Shown here one piece after another: positions 61,331 through 64,000 of a DNA stretch of 64,000 nt; within the stretch, counting starts at the first letter, position 1; each line of letters starts with the position of its first letter. The notes under the pieces were generated by a model. It ran no database searches. It was not told the DNA's origin and saw only the letters and a program-made list of their open reading frames with translations. Both the position numbers and the translations under genes were made by a program. The stretch spans positions 166,098,001 through 166,162,000 of the forward strand of contig OZ024740.1 of the NCBI GenBank assembly GCA_964016885.1, written 5' to 3'. This DNA comes from Eledone cirrhosa. Lineage: Eukaryota.

Positions 61331-62000
61331 GAAAAAAACCTGCGCCTTCGGAAGCATCCGATGAAGTTGACCAGTTCTCCCTTTTCGTGTAGTATTTTTG
61401 ATGCTCAGAGAGCAGTATTGTTCGAGTGCAAAGCCTTTCCAAACTTGAAAACCTTCAAAGAACAGGCATTGCTTGTTGGGGATATGTTACAGTTTCGTGT
61501 GGCTGACCGTAGCCTAAAAGTTCATCAAACTATAATCTGACAAGCGATTGCAATACTCTTTGCAGAGTCTTCAGCCATCATGTTTGTATGTATGTATGAA
61601 TGTATGTATGTATGTATGTATGTATGTATGTATGTTTGTGGTATGAGAACCATTCATTTTTTTCTTTAAATGTTTCTTATGCACAAAATTATGCATAACG
61701 TTGGTCACGCGTTCATATTAGTAAGGCAGAATATGAATTATACGAATTTCATTCCGGATGATCAGTTTGTGTGTCAAAAAACCTGCACATCACATGCAAG
61801 ATTGCAATGGTATTTGAATACTCATAACAAACAGCCGAAGGATGGGACAAATGTTTAAACGAGACGTTGCTGCATTATTTGCAGTCAGCTCTTCAAATTT
61901 ATTTCAGAGTTCAAATGTCATTCATGATACTACCCTAGGAAAGAGCAATTATAAATACAAGAACAGGTCAAGCTCTGCAAGGAGCAGGCAATCTGCATGT
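61330..62000 (+). mobile_element. Older RTE-like 3' ends with decayed CxxC motifs, each ending in (TATG)n
   Basis: gagtcttcagccatcatg resembles the gagttggcagccaccatg terminus; CQKTCTSH and CIICSQLFK remnants are present. Confidence 0.4.
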
Positions 62001-62034
62001 ATGTCTAAATGTATGTATGTATGTATGCTTGTAT

Positions 62035-62441
62035 GAGAGATGACCCCTTAGCCTTTGTCAAGGCAGAATTCTAGGAGAAGGAAAACTCTGATATAACACC
62101 TGCAACTCTGATGGTATCCAATGATGTTGACTTGTTCTTCTTTTTGGTAAATATCATCTTGTTTAAGAGAGTGGGACTGGCTTTGTGCAGTGCCTTTGCT
62201 CACTATAAAAGCTTCACGGCACAGGCATTGCTTTATATCTGGAGATCTCTCTGTACCTGTCATCACATGGTACCATGGGCCCAGCACTGTATCAATAATT
62301 GTCACAAGTGTAGTGTTTGTACCAGAGTTTTCAAGTCGCTGGCTGGACTAAAAAGTCACACTCGTTCAGCGGATCGGTAGGGGTTCTCCTACATGGATAT
62401 AAAGTTGTGGCCGTACTCGAAAACGAGTTGGCAGCCACCAT
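62035..62441 (+). mobile_element. 5'-truncated copy of the RTE-derived element
   Basis: Only a few substitutions relative to 60001-60407. Confidence 0.9.
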
Positions 62442-62499
62442 TTATGAATGTATGCTTGCCCGTATGTATGTACATATGTATGTAAGTACGTATCTATGT

Positions 62500-62960
62500 A
62501 CATAGAGATCTTGGAACCCAAATTATATTGTGTCCGTGTGAACGGTTCGTTATATGCTGTTTCCGCACGGAGTGTAATGTTGAATGATATTGAAACTTGG
62601 GCACTGGATGTAAAGTGTGTGAGATGGCTAGGAAGAAATGAAATGAAGCTAACAAGCTCTCTAAAACATAGTTGAGATCTGCAAACAACTAGGTATAATA
62701 AAAAATTATATCTAGTGAGAAAGAAAGAAGACTCTGTTGGTACGGACACGTGATGTGTACGGTAGGTGTTGAAAAGGCCCGTGTTCGGCGGATTGGAAGG
62801 AAACAACAGAAAAGAAAGAGTAAGAAAACCTGGACAGACATCCGAAATAATGTTCACAGAAAGTTGAACAACACAGAAAGAAAACTGTGGTGGAGAAGAC
62901 TCATCGAATCTTAGCATGTATGGCAAGGCAATAATTACAAATGTTGTTGATGATGCTTCT
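62500..62960 (+). mobile_element. RTE-clade LINE 3' coding remnant
   Basis: LYAVSARSVMLNDIETWAL (similar to R..MLYGSETW) and WYGHV. Confidence 0.7.
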
Positions 62961-63096
62961 CTAACTATTGTTTATAGTCATCGACTTTTGTATCAGTAAT
63001 TTTCTGCGTTTGGGACTTTCACATTTTCAAATTTCAAATACTCCAAGCGTATCATGAAGCACAGTATATACATATATATATGTCTATGTATATATA

Positions 63097-63164
<68 letters not shown>

Positions 63165-63167
<3 letters not shown>

Positions 63168-64000
63168 GTAGAACACTGGAAGGTAATATCCGTAGTGGTA
63201 GAGCACTCAGCCCAAGGGACGAGTTAGCCCATACCGAGAACAATTGTTTCACCTTCGCGGATCTTCAGCTCGGGATGTGTGTGGTTATAGGAACAGGAAG
63301 GACAACCGTACGAACGCAGGCTCTTCATACAGGCAATACTAGACTGCATGCGGGGGTATGTGTGTAAGGGAGATATCTGCGAAAGTCCGGAAAGTTTTTT
63401 TGTTGAAAATAAAATAAAAAAATAAAATTACAAAGAATCAGTCCGGAGCCTTGTAGTTATGCAATAGATGTTTGGTGACGTGTGGACAACGTGTGAAAAA
63501 TTCACTTCTCGTGTTTAGGCAATCACTATTGCGTAATCTCTTTAGGATAGTTATTCGTTCGTCAATACATAAGCCACACGTCGGATTTCCTCTTGCGTAT
63601 GGCTTGGACATAGTGATGGCTTTCCATTGAATGGAGTACCTATAGTTGAGTCTTTGAGGGACCATACGTGGCTCGCGAGTTTCGTGGACGAACGTCTGTC
63701 CGGGTATCTGAAGTTAGACTGGTGGTTCAGGAAACGCTCCTTGAATCGGCCCTCCGCCATACCCGCATAGGATTTGACCTCCTGTGGTTCGTTTGGTCGG
63801 TTGGAAGTGACCACAGCTTGATAGATTGCAGCTTGTGTGTTGCATTGTTGTTGAAGGAGGCAAGCTTCGGGCTTACCGCAAGAGGACCCTGGTGGGGTGT
63901 TGCTCCTAGGGCTGCTGGTGATGTGGGCCTTCATGCTCTTAGCGCAGGAGTATCCTAGTTTAACTTTGTGTCGGTTAAAGATGGAGCGGTATTTATGATC
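63165..64000 (-). mobile_element. PLE 3' end: GIY-YIG domain with a Cys-rich C-terminus (different clade from the Neptune copies) plus pseudo-LTR; continues beyond the window
   Basis: IFNRHKVKLGYSC, AIYQAVV...SYAGM..RFKERFLNHQSNF...TKLASHVWSLK, then after a frameshift IQWK...CGLCIDE...LNTRSE...CPH. Confidence 0.88.
63234..63273 (-). ncRNA. Minimal hammerhead ribozyme in the PLE pseudo-LTR
   Basis: CCGAG-CTGAAGA-tCC gcgaa GGt-GAAA-CAATTG-TT-CTCGG: 5-bp stem I, palindromic ACAATTGT in stem III, GUU triplet. Confidence 0.78.

Overview
AT-rich, microsatellite-saturated animal genomic DNA, most consistent with an octopus (inferred from repeat content, not proven). The + strand carries the 3' part of one spliced gene, a PTK7/off-track receptor pseudokinase. 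Eight exons between 6203 and 50304 join in frame across GT-AG introns and encode the last Ig domains, the transmembrane helix, a His/Ser-rich juxtamembrane region and a dead kinase domain. The rest is intron or intergenic DNA: multi-kb (AT)n arrays, Penelope-like elements (PLEs), a CR1-type LINE, R4/Dong and RTE fragments, SINEs and MITEs. The most interesting signal is non-coding. About nine minimal hammerhead ribozyme (HHR) motifs or remnants are present. Several share a layout of HHR, then a GAGT(A/G)C(T/C) motif, then about 40 nt, then a (TA)n tract, and several sit inside fold-back inversions. All ribozyme folds were assigned by eye and need covariance-model and biochemical confirmation.
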